A DNA stretch of 64,000 nucleotides from Octopus vulgaris (taxonomy: Eukaryota): contig OX597815.1 in assembly GCA_951406725.2 (NCBI GenBank), positions 141,112,001 to 141,176,000 on the forward strand. The letters run 5' to 3'. Positions 1-12,714 of this stretch are shown piece after piece (position 1 is the first letter of the stretch; every line of letters begins with the position of its first letter). Position numbers and translations under genes: made by a program. The notes under the pieces were generated by a model. The model searched no databases, was not told the DNA's origin, and saw only the letters and a program-made list of their open reading frames with translations.

Positions 1-199
1 GAATCTGCTTCAGTATGGTACGGGAGAGTGTCACTGTTCAAAGAATTTGGCTCCCCAAATGCATATCCCCAGAGGATAAGTGAAATACAAAAGCGTATTC
101 ACAACTCCGTTGGGACACTTGCGAATAGCTATACCTGATGAACTATTCGTCACCACAACTCTGTACAAAGCGATGGTGACTGTTGATTACATCGAAATG

Positions 200-1630
200 C
201 AGGAGACTGATGTAATATTAGGCACTGATAAAATGAGCTTAAACTAAGCCACAGGTTCGGATGGATTTCCATTAGTCCTCTTGAGTAAATGCAAAGAGGC
301 TCTAGCAATGCCGCTATACATCCCATTCCAAAGCTTCCTTACAACTGGGAAACTTCTCAGAAAGTTAAATGAATGCATAACATGTTCTTCCCGTAAGCTA
401 AATGTCAGCTAAATCATGGAACACTTTGTCTGGAGGGAGTTGATCACATTCCCAGCCATGAAGAAACTACCTTACACAGCTCCAGCATCATGACGAATGG
501 GCGTTGAAATAACTAATGAATAGCTCAAACATGGATATGCTATATCTCAATTTTGGAAAAGTCTTTCATAAAATTGGGCATGGCATGGTATGTCACAGAC
601 TACGGAGACTCAGCATAATGCAAAACTGGGAGAGTGTTTACATAACTTCTTAACAGACAGAAGCCACGCTGTGGAAGCTATTGGATCATTCACCAAGAAG
701 ACTGTAATTGCAAGTGGGTTCTGTCTGTGAACTGTCTTGAGATATGCCATCTCTTAGAGAGACAGCAAACGAAACTAAAATTCTACAAGCACTAAATGAA
801 CCTCTTGAAGCTAACCTTCTACAGAGAGACCTGGATGCCATTTATAAAAGACTTGCAGAAAACCGCATAAAATTTAATGCAAAAGTATCCCAAGCCTTCC
901 TCCAACACCTAGCTTCTGCTAACATACCGCAAGAAAGATATTTCAGTACTGTGCGTGATTTGGGGATTGGTATGAGCAACAACGTCTGGTTTCACGTGCA
1001 TATCACGAAGATTGTGGCAATGTGCAGGAGAATGGTCGGATGAATTCTGTGAATTTTCAGATCAAGTGACCAGCAAACTAAAAACGGAACTTGAGTTCAG
1101 CGGTACTATACTTGCAAGATTTCATCATTGGAACAGCTGAGTTACTGGGAGAGATGGCAAGGTCTACGACCCTACTATTTGGAGCGAAGACGAGAGATAT
1201 ATGCAGAGATATACGTATGGAAGATCCTGCAGGTGTTGGCAAAGACCTTTAGCATTGAGAGATATGCCAGCCACCGAACGAGACGTCACTGCTCGGTTCT
1301 AAAGGTCCCAGCCATCCCACTTGGTGTGACGACCGTGAACTGTAATTTCTTGGGATTCAACAGGCCATGAATATTTAATACCTTGCCAAACATCTGTCAG
1401 ATCTGTATGGAGTGAGGGTAGATTCTTTTTAAGAAACAACTTGACACCCTGCTGTCAAACGTTCAAGAAGAGCTTACATCACACAAGAAACTCAAAAGAA
1501 GGCAGGAATATTGAACACCTGCCTTCACCCACAGCCAATCACATAAGAATGTTCATTGCAAAGGTGATGATATTGGCGATGCACAGCATGGCCACAGCCA
1601 GTGGGCTGAAAGGCATGAACGAATAAAAGA
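200..1630 (+). mobile_element. Degenerate CR1-group non-LTR retrotransposon, RT region to 3' end
   Basis: Broken RT-region peptides (ATGSDGFP resembling A.GPDG.P; LQRDLDAIY...FNAK; VRDLGIGM; SYWERWQGLRPYYLERRREIYAEIYVWKIL) with many stops and frameshifts; ends in a stem-loop and AATAAAAGA. Same family as 57658-58205. Confidence 0.85.
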
Positions 1631-3210
1631 TTAAATGATAAATCAACAAGCGAAAGTTTTGTTTAATTTTTCAGTTACCGTGTGCTTAAGTTTTGAAATA
1701 AAATATAACAGAATTAGATTCCATACTGTCCTACAGCAAGAAAAAAATCAAGTCTTCGAAATAAGTTGAAACAGTTAGATTAGAATTTTTCGGAAGAAAC
1801 ACATGTCTCCAGCTGTCTTAGAAAATTATAATGCAAAAATTCTACTGAGTTTTTTGTACATATTCTTCGTGTCAATAATAGTCAAAATGTCTCAGCAGAA
1901 TGAAATATAGGACAGAATAGAAAAATGCCCGTACGAAGACCGCTAATGAATAACGGAGTATTTGTCAAAAATGACAACGTTGACTTTGATGAATATGAGA
2001 AGACTTAACCATGGTTGAAGCAACCTCTCTTTTCATCTAATACCCAGTAAACACTCAAACTTTTCAATATTTATTCAATTTGTTTTATATCGTAGCGACA
2101 TGAAACCATTGTATATTTCGCCCTGTTTTTTTTTTTTTTTTTTTATTATAAAGGTTAAACTCACAACCCTTTGATTTGTCACTCAGAATAGATTTATCAA
2201 TTGAAATGTGAAATTGAACCCCTACAGTCGATGTTGCTGTTGTTATTTATTTCTACGTCATTTCTTGAGTCATTGAGTATATTTATTAATAAATACGTTC
2301 TAATCAGGAAAATCCACCCACATACTATATCATGCATTGCATTCTGAAACGAACCACTATTCATTTATGAGATTAGTGTGTGAGTTCTTGGAGATTTGGC
2401 AGTTATTTAATGGAGATGGTTCAAATACGGGAATATTTTTCATCAGATATTTTCAAATTACTTTCTCAGCAAATGCTTTAATATTGAAACATCTCTTACT
2501 AATCCACATGTAGTTACATCTTATGTTGCTACTTGTTCTATTTCAGATAATCATAGCTATTGCACAAATACAAGACATAAGCAAATAATATTTATTAACT
2601 ACGTTTTGCAGGTGACGTTCTACGAGTTAATTCCCACGAAAATTCTGAACAATAGCCTCTGTACAAAAATCTATTGCTACAAATAAACAGATTGGAAGGT
2701 AATATAGACTAATCAACGTATCGAATAATTATCAGATTTCTTGATTTGATTGCATGCGGCACATCGTCTTCTCGTCCTATATGTTGTAATTTAGATTCGA
2801 AAAATATAAACATCAAATTGTATATATACACACATGTATGTATATATGTATGTATGTACTTATGTATGTATGTATTTATGTATCTATGGACGCAGTCAAG
2901 CGACTGAAATACGTGAGAATGTAAAAGGATATATGCATATATAGATTATTAAGGTGGCTATCCGCAATTTCAAAACCAAAAGGCACAAATACAAACATCA
3001 CTAAAGTGAAGTTGTACCTTACATTGTAACGATAAAACAAAGAGCCATATCAAGTACTGGATTTTTCTTCTCATTTATATGCTGCATATAAATTGATATA
3101 GACACGCACACATACATACGCGCACGCAAACACACACACACACACACACAGAAACCAATACACATATATTCAGACATATATACATACTCACACACACAAA
3201 CACACACTCA

Positions 3211-3264
<54 letters not shown>

Positions 3265-3268
<4 letters not shown>

Positions 3269-3472
3269 CGTGACCGACCAGGCTATCAGATGTTGCTACA
3301 CATCGCTGGTCACAATGCGCTACGCATTGTTTTAGCCTTCAAATGACGCCACCCCGCTGGCTAAGCGAGCAGGCCAACAGAAGAAAGAGTGAGAGAAAGA
3401 TGTGGCGAAAGAATACAGCAGTGATCGCCACCACCCCTGCCGGTGCCTCGTGGAGCTTTAGGTGTTTTCGCT
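3265..3472. repeat. GC-richer ~210-bp interspersed repeat embedded in (TA)n, unclassified
   Basis: Sharp compositional block (atcaccgtgaccgaccagg...ggtgttttcgc) flanked on both sides by (TA)n; no ORF. Confidence 0.55.
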
Positions 3473-3489
3473 ATATATATATATATCGT

Positions 3490-3660
3490 TAGCCACTACG
3501 CACATTTTTTTCTCTCCTTGTTTTTTCTGTCCCTTTCTGTAGAAGAGCGTAGGCTTAAAACGTAAAAGACTTTTTCTATTCCTGAGCGTTATACTAATGC
3601 ATCTGTTTGTTTTGTACACCATCTGTTTTCGTCTTTTGCCTTTTTCGTAAACTCTCACTA
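3490..3660 (+). mobile_element. Family-A short repeat, probable solo Penelope pseudo-LTR with hammerhead-like motif
   Basis: Close copies at 16148-16318 (-), 16656-16757 (+, partial) and 57160-57348 (+); 3' end abuts TA-rich repeat; motif CTTT-CTGTAGA-A-GAGCgtagGCTT-AAAA-CG-TA-AAAG at 3533-3568. Confidence 0.75.
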
Positions 3661-4359
3661 TATATATATATATATACACACATAACAGTTATAGGCATAT
3701 ATATGCGTGTGCGTAAGTATGTGTGTGTGTGGTTTTGTGTGGACGCGCGCGTGTGCGTGCGTGTATGTCTAAGTATATGTGTATATTTATATGTGGGTGC
3801 ATTTGTACGGATATATGTAAATCCACGCAAGATTAATTCTTTTGTTATCGCATACTAAGATTAATTAATTCAATGCAGTCACACGTATAATTTTCAGGAA
3901 ATCATGCCTATAAATTAGAAAGCAAAGAGACTGGAGCAATATATCAATATGCCAATTGGCTACATCCCTCTGTGATATTAAATGGCCGAAAGATATATTC
4001 GCACCGGGAAGTCACTTTGTACGTAACGTCAAACAGAATCACCACCCGGACTTTCCTATATATTGGTGAATGAAAATATTATGGTACGATAGGCAAAAAA
4101 CGCATTTTGTCTCTACTTCAAAGTCTCAAAGAATTATTCTCTAATGTGAAGTTGACACCAATGTCGTTCTCACACAATAATCTCTAAGATATGAAACTTA
4201 CCTACGCATTCTACTAAAGGTACTCATTTCCGTACAACTTGAACTTCATAAAGCTAACTCACCATACCGAACTAGTGAGTAAATGTCTGTAAGCAAACGA
4301 ATAGCAAAGCAAGTTGAGCAATTCATATCAATGATGAAAGTTATATGCATCAAATTTGA

Positions 4360-4886
4360 TACTAAATGTAGATACTGATTCACGTTCTGGGAGACCTGCA
4401 ACTAGCAGAACTGAGAAAAACTTCGCAGATGTGCGTGCTGCTGTGAGGGGAAATCGTCGAATCACCATCCGTAAGTTATTAGAGGATGTGCAGATTAATT
4501 ACGGTTCAGTTCAGTCCATTATCTTTGACGTTTTGGGGGATGAGACGGCCAAAACTGCTTTCAGTTAACCAAAAAGACACGCCGGCTTCAGTTGCACATG
4601 CTCTTCTTGACTGTGTCGAGAAAGATGAAAACACTTTGAAAACTTTTGTGTAGATATCACCAAGATTTTTTGCAAAATTTTCGCTATCATGGTCAATGCG
4701 ACGATCTCACGCTACACATCTTCCTTCTATGCACTGCTAGCAACAGCAGAAGTAAGCAAGAACGTTAAAACTTGGAGCAGATGCACAAAAGAGTTCAAGA
4801 TCTATCTGTGCCAAGCAGTTTTATTGTGTGTGCGTTAGCTTCGTTACTTTGGCAAGAGTCCTGATACTTATTGATTAGACCACATA
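4360..4886 (+). mobile_element. Mariner transposon relic (HTH fragment plus right TIR)
   Basis: DSRSGRPATSRTEKNFADVRAAVRGNRRITIRKL...INYGSVQSII matches the mariner transposase DNA-binding region; mariner-like TIR ctgatacttattgattagaccaca followed by TA. Confidence 0.8.
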
Positions 4887-4898
4887 TATATCTGTATG

Positions 4899-4969
<71 letters not shown>

Positions 4970-4973
<4 letters not shown>

Positions 4974-5553
4974 GAAATATGTTACAAAAAGAAAATAGAA
5001 AATACACGTGGTAATGTAAGAGGGAAGTAAGAAAATAAACGAAAATGCACATTGTAAATAAAAAAGTAAAGGCTCTTTATGAAAAGTTACGAAAGATATA
5101 TACAATTAGATGAACTGAGGTAGGAATAAAAGTAATAAAATCATTATTTAAAATGATTAAAGAAATTCAAGCATACCGGCAGTTTTGTAAGTTACGAATC
5201 ATTGCTTTGAATACAACTATTCATTGCTTTGAAAGCACACCGATTAATGAACGGTGTCAGGTTTAATAGTTCCTGAGAAAAAGATTATTTGTAAGGGAGG
5301 TAAGTAGTTCTGGATTTGGTGCAATTAGGTTGGATATAGAATTGTAATGTGAATGGTGTAGGGGATGTATGGATGTTAGTGGTATTAATTGACAGGTTAG
5401 TAGTGTTCTGTATTATGTTATGTGTTCATATTTAGTTGGGGAATATATTTCTTGTTGAAAGTTGCCTCTTTATTCTTTCTTTGTGGCATTGAAGTCTTAG
5501 AACACCAAATCCAGAACTACTTACCTCCCTTACAAATAATCGTTTTTCTCAGG
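4970..5553 (-). mobile_element. Probable PLE pseudo-LTR remnant with ~50-bp inverted duplication
   Basis: 5272-5321 is the reverse complement of 5503-5552 (1 indel); degenerate hammerhead scaffold at 5166-5211 (-); abuts (TA)n at about 4970. Confidence 0.5.
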
Positions 5554-6457
5554 GCTGCTTGTTTATTTGTTTGTTGGGTACTCTGTAATTTTAATTTCAT
5601 GTGTAATGCTTGTAGTATAAAATCTTTAGCTGTTCATGTATTCAATTCTGTGGCTGTGTAGCATATTCTGTGCGACATATAGTTATTTAAATGTTAATGT
5701 AAACGTTATCATAGAACTCAGTACGTTGTTTAGAAAGGATAGATACATTTATTATATAAAATATGTGAATCTAGCCCGCTATCTGAATAAGGTTTCTTGT
5801 TAAACTGTAACTCAAGGAAAAACATCAGATTATTTGTAGGAATGAAAGAAGATACTTTTTAGAATGCAATTAAATCAAGGTAATTGAAACTAAAGCTACA
5901 AAACAAAAAGGGAACAAAATAAAGAAACTATAGATAATGATACCTTGTGGAAGTTTCCCGAAAACAAGTTCAGTATTACGATATGTCTAACAGAAGTTAT
6001 TGAATTAAGAATGAATAAAATGAACAGGCCTGTAAGGAAATAAATAAATGTATTAAGACAGAAGGAAATGGTAAAGGTAACGATTTTTTTTCAAATGGGT
6101 GTTTAAATGATTGATGTATTGCCAAGTTGATAAGACGCTACAAGTGTTAACAGTCTTTTTATAATAACAAAAGAATATTTTTGTAAAATGTTTTCAGCGA
6201 TGCAGTTTCTTATTATTGAATATATAATTTGTAAAGAATATTTAATTTTGAAGAAAATAGCTGTCCATACACAATATTTTATCAACCACGGAGACAAGCG
6301 CGGCGCAAATTTCCTACATAGTTTATTTACTTTCGAGTTGCAAGATACGATAAGAACGAACATCCAGTGCAAAAAACTGATCACTGCTGTTTGGAGAATG
6401 CCAGTACTGAAGCCATGAGAATTTTATATTTCGAGGGTGTGTGTGAGTGTGTGTGTA

Positions 6458-6506
<49 letters not shown>

Positions 6507-6819
6507 GAAAGAGAGAGAGAAAGAGAAAGAGAGAGAGAGAAAGGGAGAGAGAAATAGAAAGAGAGAGTGAGAATATGGAAATAAAATCCAGATGTTTGTC
6601 ACGAGAGTGTAACAAATGGAAGTGAACTAGACATTTTTGATAAGTATATAGTTTACTGATTACTAAATATATATGCATATTTTCTTCAATATTTAAATCT
6701 TTAAAAAATTATATTCTACTTGTAACGAAGGTACTAGTTTTTACACAAAGATACAAACATTTCTCGTTTGGATATATGTTGTCAAAAATATGCTGCATGT
6801 TGAAATTGAGATATGTTTT

Positions 6820-7140
6820 ATAATCCGTGACTTTACAATTGGGGGGATAAGGGGGCCATAAATTGGGACTACCGATGTCGTAGAAATTCTCCGGCAATCC
6901 TATTTCCGGAGTTATAACGAGGAACTGGATCATGTTGTCACACACATGGACTTGCAGCCACTACCTTCTCCATCTAGGTTGTAATACAGTCTCCAGAGGC
7001 TTCACATAGCCATCACAATTAAGTAGGACGGAATGGCGTCACACTCACTGGGGACAATCCTGCAGGCCATCACAGTGTGAAGGAAATTGGTTCCATGATA
7101 TGTGATAGATCACATGGATTGTAGGTAGGCTCTGATTATT
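6820..7140 (-). mobile_element. Tc1/mariner (maT, DD37D-like) transposase relic
   Basis: TNFLHTVMA...ENFYDIGSPNLWPPYPPNCKVTDY is a degenerate WPPNSPDxNPLDY motif; related to 31640-32320. Confidence 0.7.
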
Positions 7141-7209
7141 GTAGAACTGGTCCTGGGATATATACATATAATATTGCCTCTCTCTCGCTCTTTCTCTCTC
7201 TCTCTCTCA

Positions 7210-7282
<73 letters not shown>

Positions 7283-7308
7283 GGGTTATTGGTTTAATGT
7301 GGGTTTAT

Positions 7309-7369
7309 GTGGGGTTATTGGTTTAATCACTGATGACCCGACCATGGAACAAATTGTATGAGTTATATG

Positions 7370-7413
<44 letters not shown>

Positions 7414-7474
7414 CATATAACTCATACAATTTGTTCCATGGTCGGGTCATCAGTAATTAAACCAATAACCCCAC
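7309..7474. repeat. Near-perfect 166-bp palindrome centred on (TA)n
   Basis: Arms of about 62 bp (gtggggttattgg...gagttatatgtt and aacatataactc...ccaataaccccac) with one mismatch, around a self-complementary (TA)n core. Confidence 0.95.
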
Positions 7475-7906
7475 GAAGCCTCTTTGGTGAAGAGGTTGAT
7501 TTACTGGATACAATGCGGGACGAAAGAACCAAGCATATGAAATGGCGAAGGAACTCAAGTGAATTAAAGGCCCATTATGAATATATATGTAATATTCCGT
7601 GCAGTAATCTCTAGGGCTTAGAGAAATTGTGTTGCTTCTGAAGGCGCAGTAAATTCGCTGTGAATGAGGGGCCTATGATCTTTGCCTAAGCATCATTATA
7701 GCAGAAGGATAAATCGTATATAAAATCCACTACTGGACTAAACCAGGTAATTTACAATTTCGTTGCCTCTGGGCTTCCCAGAATTACTAGTATTAGCCAC
7801 TGACGTTTGTATAAGCTGCACTCGACTTCAAACACTTGCATAGGCATTGCTGATACATCTGTCAGTTATGTGCATGTGTCTCTGTGTGTTTCTGTGTATA
7901 TACATA

Positions 7907-8210
7907 CTGAGAAATCTGCAGCTACTCTATCCAGATTACAAGGTCATCTTTATACCTCTAATTATTGGGGCACTGTGTTATATAACATACTGTCTAAATA
8001 CCAATCTAGAGAAATTTGGCTTCTCAAAATCAAAAAGGAGAAAGCTGATTCGAAGCGTACAGATTCACGCTATCACTCGAACTATAAAAATTTGTAAAAG
8101 CTTCCAGAAATTTATCATTTAAGTAGGATGAGCTTGTTTAGATATATGAGTATGTCTAGATCTGCAAGTATATGCATGGGAAGACATATAAAACAAAACA
8201 AACAAATCTA
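7907..8210 (+). mobile_element. 3' end of RLE-type non-LTR retrotransposon (second family)
   Basis: LRNLQLLYPDYKVIFIPLIIGALCYI...LIRSVQIHAITRTIKICKSFQKF matches the C-terminus of restriction-like endonuclease LINEs (PIIIGALG motif); followed by (CATA)n. Homologous to 23010-23445. Confidence 0.75.
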
Positions 8211-8782
8211 CACGTATGTATACATATATACACACATACATAAATACATACATACACATATACATACATACATACATACATACATACATACATACATACA
8301 TACATACATACATACATACAAAAATAGCCAGTTGTTGATGCTGAAATTCCGATGGAGGAGTCTTGGATCTAGGTTAGAAAACGGCCTTTTCTCTATTAGC
8401 AAGAAATCTTGAAATAAAACTGAATAATGGCATTCATAAATACGTATGAAATGCAGTGAAGCGGGACGACATAAAAATAGGAAATAGAAACAGAACACAA
8501 AATAGGGACGGAACATGCTCATTCATTCAACAATTATAGACAAAAGAAAATCACAATTCCGATAAATTTCGATAATATTCTTCAAATTGACGGTATCAAA
8601 ATCAGAAGCTGCTGGGGGTATAAATAAGCGGAGGTGATTAATTAACTCAAACAGAAGAAAAAAAAAATCAATTACAATAACAAAAATCGGCGACGACTCT
8701 AGCCGGGAAGGTGAAAGATACGATTTATAAGTAGAACGGAGAATACAACCCCCACCATATATATATATATATATATATATAT

Positions 8783-9030
8783 GGTGATTGTCCACTCCTT
8801 ATGCAGAGATTCAGCAACTCTCATACTTGCACCTTAGATCCATCATAGCGCTTGATGTGGATTTTTAAACCAGATAATGTACTGGAAAGATACCCATATA
8901 GATTGCATATCTGATTTGGACCAGCAGGTGATGCAGTTAAGTTCTGATCATTGTGGATATTAAAACGTCTTTTGATGCCTCTGTTAGATTTGCAGACCTT
9001 ATGGCACATAGGGCATTGAATGGCGTGAAC
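8783..9030 (-). mobile_element. 3' end of probable RTE-clade LINE with C-terminal C2H2-like fingers
   Basis: CPMCHKVCKSNRGIKRRFNIH and ICNLYGYLSSTLSGLKIHIKR are degenerate CxxC..S..GL..H motifs; short 3' UTR runs into (TA)n. Confidence 0.55.
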
Positions 9031-9166
9031 AGATATATAGGTAGAGTAGTTGGTGTAGGTTCATTTTACGAGGGTCTGCAAATTAGATTTGAGCCCAGCA
9101 ACAGAACAGCATGGTCTGTCACATACTGTACGCACTAAAAAGTCGCCGTGATTCACCTTCTCGATC

Positions 9167-9215
<49 letters not shown>

Positions 9216-11858
9216 GAGGTGTGTATGGAAAGCTTTGAACGTTCAAGGCGTTTGAGCCTTGAAGTCATGTACCATATTTCTTTTTTTAGGCTCAAGACTT
9301 TACATACACCCCCGTATGCACACACACACACACTCACACACACACATACACTTATGTATATGCATTTACACTCACACACACAAACACACATCCATATCTT
9401 CACAAATCAATCTGTATTTCAACATTACCTTCACTGTTGCTCTCTGTTCCTAAATAGTCAATATCACCAATCAATTAATCGTTTCATATTTTTTAAATAC
9501 AGTGGCTATGAACTCTATTTATAACACTGTTCATAATGACTTCTACACACGGGCACACCTGTGGAATATTAAGTAATTTTTGTAGGTCCGATGCACAATG
9601 TCCAAGGATTTTCCACTTGTTCAATTACTTTTGCAAAAACGTATATGAATGTTGTGCTGGTGTAAACAGCCGATGTACTTAGCTGCGATGTTTATTCGAG
9701 GCAATTTTCTTTTCATTGTTGCATGAATTGCAATACAATCAATTCTAGTAATGTTGTTATATTTTCGAAAGGTGTCCCGTACTTCCTGGTCAGGTTTAAT
9801 TGCACTACCTTCGAACATTCAAAGCCCTTGGTGATGAATGTGATTCATAAACTAGGTATAAAAAGAATCCCGTTAACTTTCTTTCAAAGCTAACTAAATG
9901 TGAAAGATATTTGTGCCTGGTGATAGACCAAGACAACATGATAGTACGTTTTATCAAATATATTTGCAATTACACTCACTGTCTTTAATCTCAAGATATT
10001 CCTCTATGTCATGAAACTTTGGCGGCATATAATTTAATCTGACTGTTTTCACAACCTCATAATTTGTTTGCTTCGTGGCTATGGTTACATATTTCTGAAA
10101 CATGATTAATTTTCTACCTTCTCTTCACCAAATGTTATCAGCCACACCAAAAGGAATATATTTCTGTTTTGGAATATTGGAGTATTTCCTAATCTCTTTT
10201 AGATGGGATTAAATTCCCCATACTTTGTTGTTTGCGGGTACTTAATTTTATGGTTTCTTGCAATAGGGGAGATATCACTTCTTTGCGACGATACTCATGT
10301 ATCTTATGCTTTCTTATTATCATTTGTTTATTTATCCCACTTCAAAAACATTTTCCAGATTTCGTGTTCCATATTAATTCTCATCTACCCTGATTCCATG
10401 TTATTTTGCATATTCAACATTTTGTATTTTATAAATTGTTTTTTAATAAATATTTTCCTTCTATTGAATGTCCATTACGTAATGGCGGCTAAAATTATGT
10501 CAGCATAAAAATCTGACCGCTTACAACATGGACGGTGCTTTTTCCTACCCACAAATGTCATAGGAGTTTGTCATAGCTGATTACCACAGAAGCAAGCAAA
10601 ACAACAGATGTTCAATTTTCCATGTCGATTGAACTCCTAAAAGTTTTACTGCCTCCATCAATGCATGAAAAGAAAAGTAGCTAATATGACAATCATAGTA
10701 TTGGTATATATTTATGACATATGTGTTGTACCGCTAAGCTTATATTATAAAATAGTTGCGTATTTAAAGAAATAATTATGTAGTGTTACATCCTACATGG
10801 TACATAAATCGTGATATATGATGGAGAATTCTACCCCAAAATACAATTTTCCTTGTTCCCACCTCAGACATTCCATATATGTCATACGTATATGCATCAT
10901 CCTCAAAATGAACCCCCATGGTGATTAGTACGCGTAGCAACGGAAATTAATGTTCTTAGAAGTCAAGAATTTTATCTTTAGTTCAGCTTGAGTCACTGGA
11001 ACGCGGCTTTAAGCATTCTATATGTGCAATGTTAAATTCAACATTACATATGAAAATAAAAATAAAATAAGAATATATAAGCTTCCTTATGGAACATTGT
11101 TGTAGGTCACATTTCTGCTATGGTATTTAAACATTAAGAATGAATTAATAGATAAAATTTACCATTTGTAATATCGAGGATGCAGCTGGTAGAGTCAAGT
11201 GTAGGTCTTACAGGTTTAAAAGGAGAGATACGCAATCCAGTTAAAATACTGACAAATATCATCCCTGTCGCCGTATCATACACTCATCGGTAAAAGAAGA
11301 GCATGTATGTTAAAAATATCAAAACTAAGTTTATATGGAATTTATAGAGATAGTCCTGTCCCTGTAAGTGTGCATGTATGAAAAACTCAGGTTGAAGCTC
11401 GATATCAATTATGTTGAGCAATGGAGGCAATGACAATTGTCTGTTAATTGCTTTGTGAGTGAATCTCATTGTAAGGTTTCAAATATATCAACTAAGGACC
11501 GACCTTTCATTTCAAAAGGAGCGGCCATTAGACTTTTGTTTTGCTTAAACTGTTAGGAGTTAAGTGCCGCCTCAAAATCTGAATGAAGCTAAACTAAGTA
11601 TATGCATACCTCATCGTCATGATTAAGTGATCCACTTAGTAAAGTGGGATGCAGGAAAATATCATTATTTGTATATGCTCTAATCTGCTTGTATATGATC
11701 CACACATGTTAGGAAAACCAGCTCAGTGAAAGGAACAGTGAAATTGAAAGGATCATTGATAGGATATACGAATTTTGGTGTCAGTGCAACCGTGTACAGA
11801 GTATAAATATTTATGTATGTTTATGTATATTATGTATGTGTATGTATTTATGTATGTT

Positions 11859-11899
<41 letters not shown>

Positions 11900-12641
11900 A
11901 TATATATATATGTATATATATATGTATATATATATACATACATACACACGCACACAGATAAATAAATATAATATGCGCAATTGGTAGTTAATTGTATTCG
12001 CAAGAATTCAGAAGAGAAAACAAAGAAAGTGATTACCCTATTGAGAATAGATCACGAACATATAAACAATCTAGTAGGAGGTTTCTGCAACTGCAAAACT
12101 TTCTTCTAAATGATCATAATACACATAGAGGAAAAAATACTAGGTACGATATAATGCATAAATAAGAAAAATGTTTAAAGTAATCAACGCTTGTGAAGCA
12201 GACGAAGAAACATCACGATAAACTAAAGACTAAAACCTAAACTGAAAATTGTATTAGACAAGAGAAATAGGTATTAAGAAGCATTCGATACAAGACATAA
12301 AGAGCGAAAAAGTGACGGAGGCATAAGTGGATACTGAAAAGACGTATCGTTCTATATAAAGCCGTATAGAGAATTCTAAGAAAATCCAACAACTTTTGCT
12401 TACGTGTTTCAGTTATTGGATTGCGACCATGTTGGGGCATAACGTTGAAATGCTTTACCTGAATAAATCGAGCCCAGCACTTTTTTTTATTATGTCTGGT
12501 ATACATTCTAACATTTACTTTTAACAAACCACCACCTTACGGGGATATAAATAATTCATGAACCGTTGTTAAGCGGCAGGAGGGGTGTCAAGCACAGGTG
12601 CACACACACGCATTTACGGATATACATACATACATACATTC

Positions 12642-12709
<68 letters not shown>

Positions 12710-12714
<5 letters not shown>

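Noticed and set aside
5780-5870. RLFVGMKEDTF peptide resembling a GIY-YIG second motif
   Set aside because: Short, surrounded by stops, with no first motif.
9621-9818. 65-aa complex-sequence ORF on the minus strand
   Set aside because: No recognisable domain or convincing splice signals.
11267-11279. GTCGCCGTATCAT matches part of the Illumina P5 adapter reverse complement
   Set aside because: Only 13 nt and the flanks do not continue the adapter; cannot be distinguished from chance.
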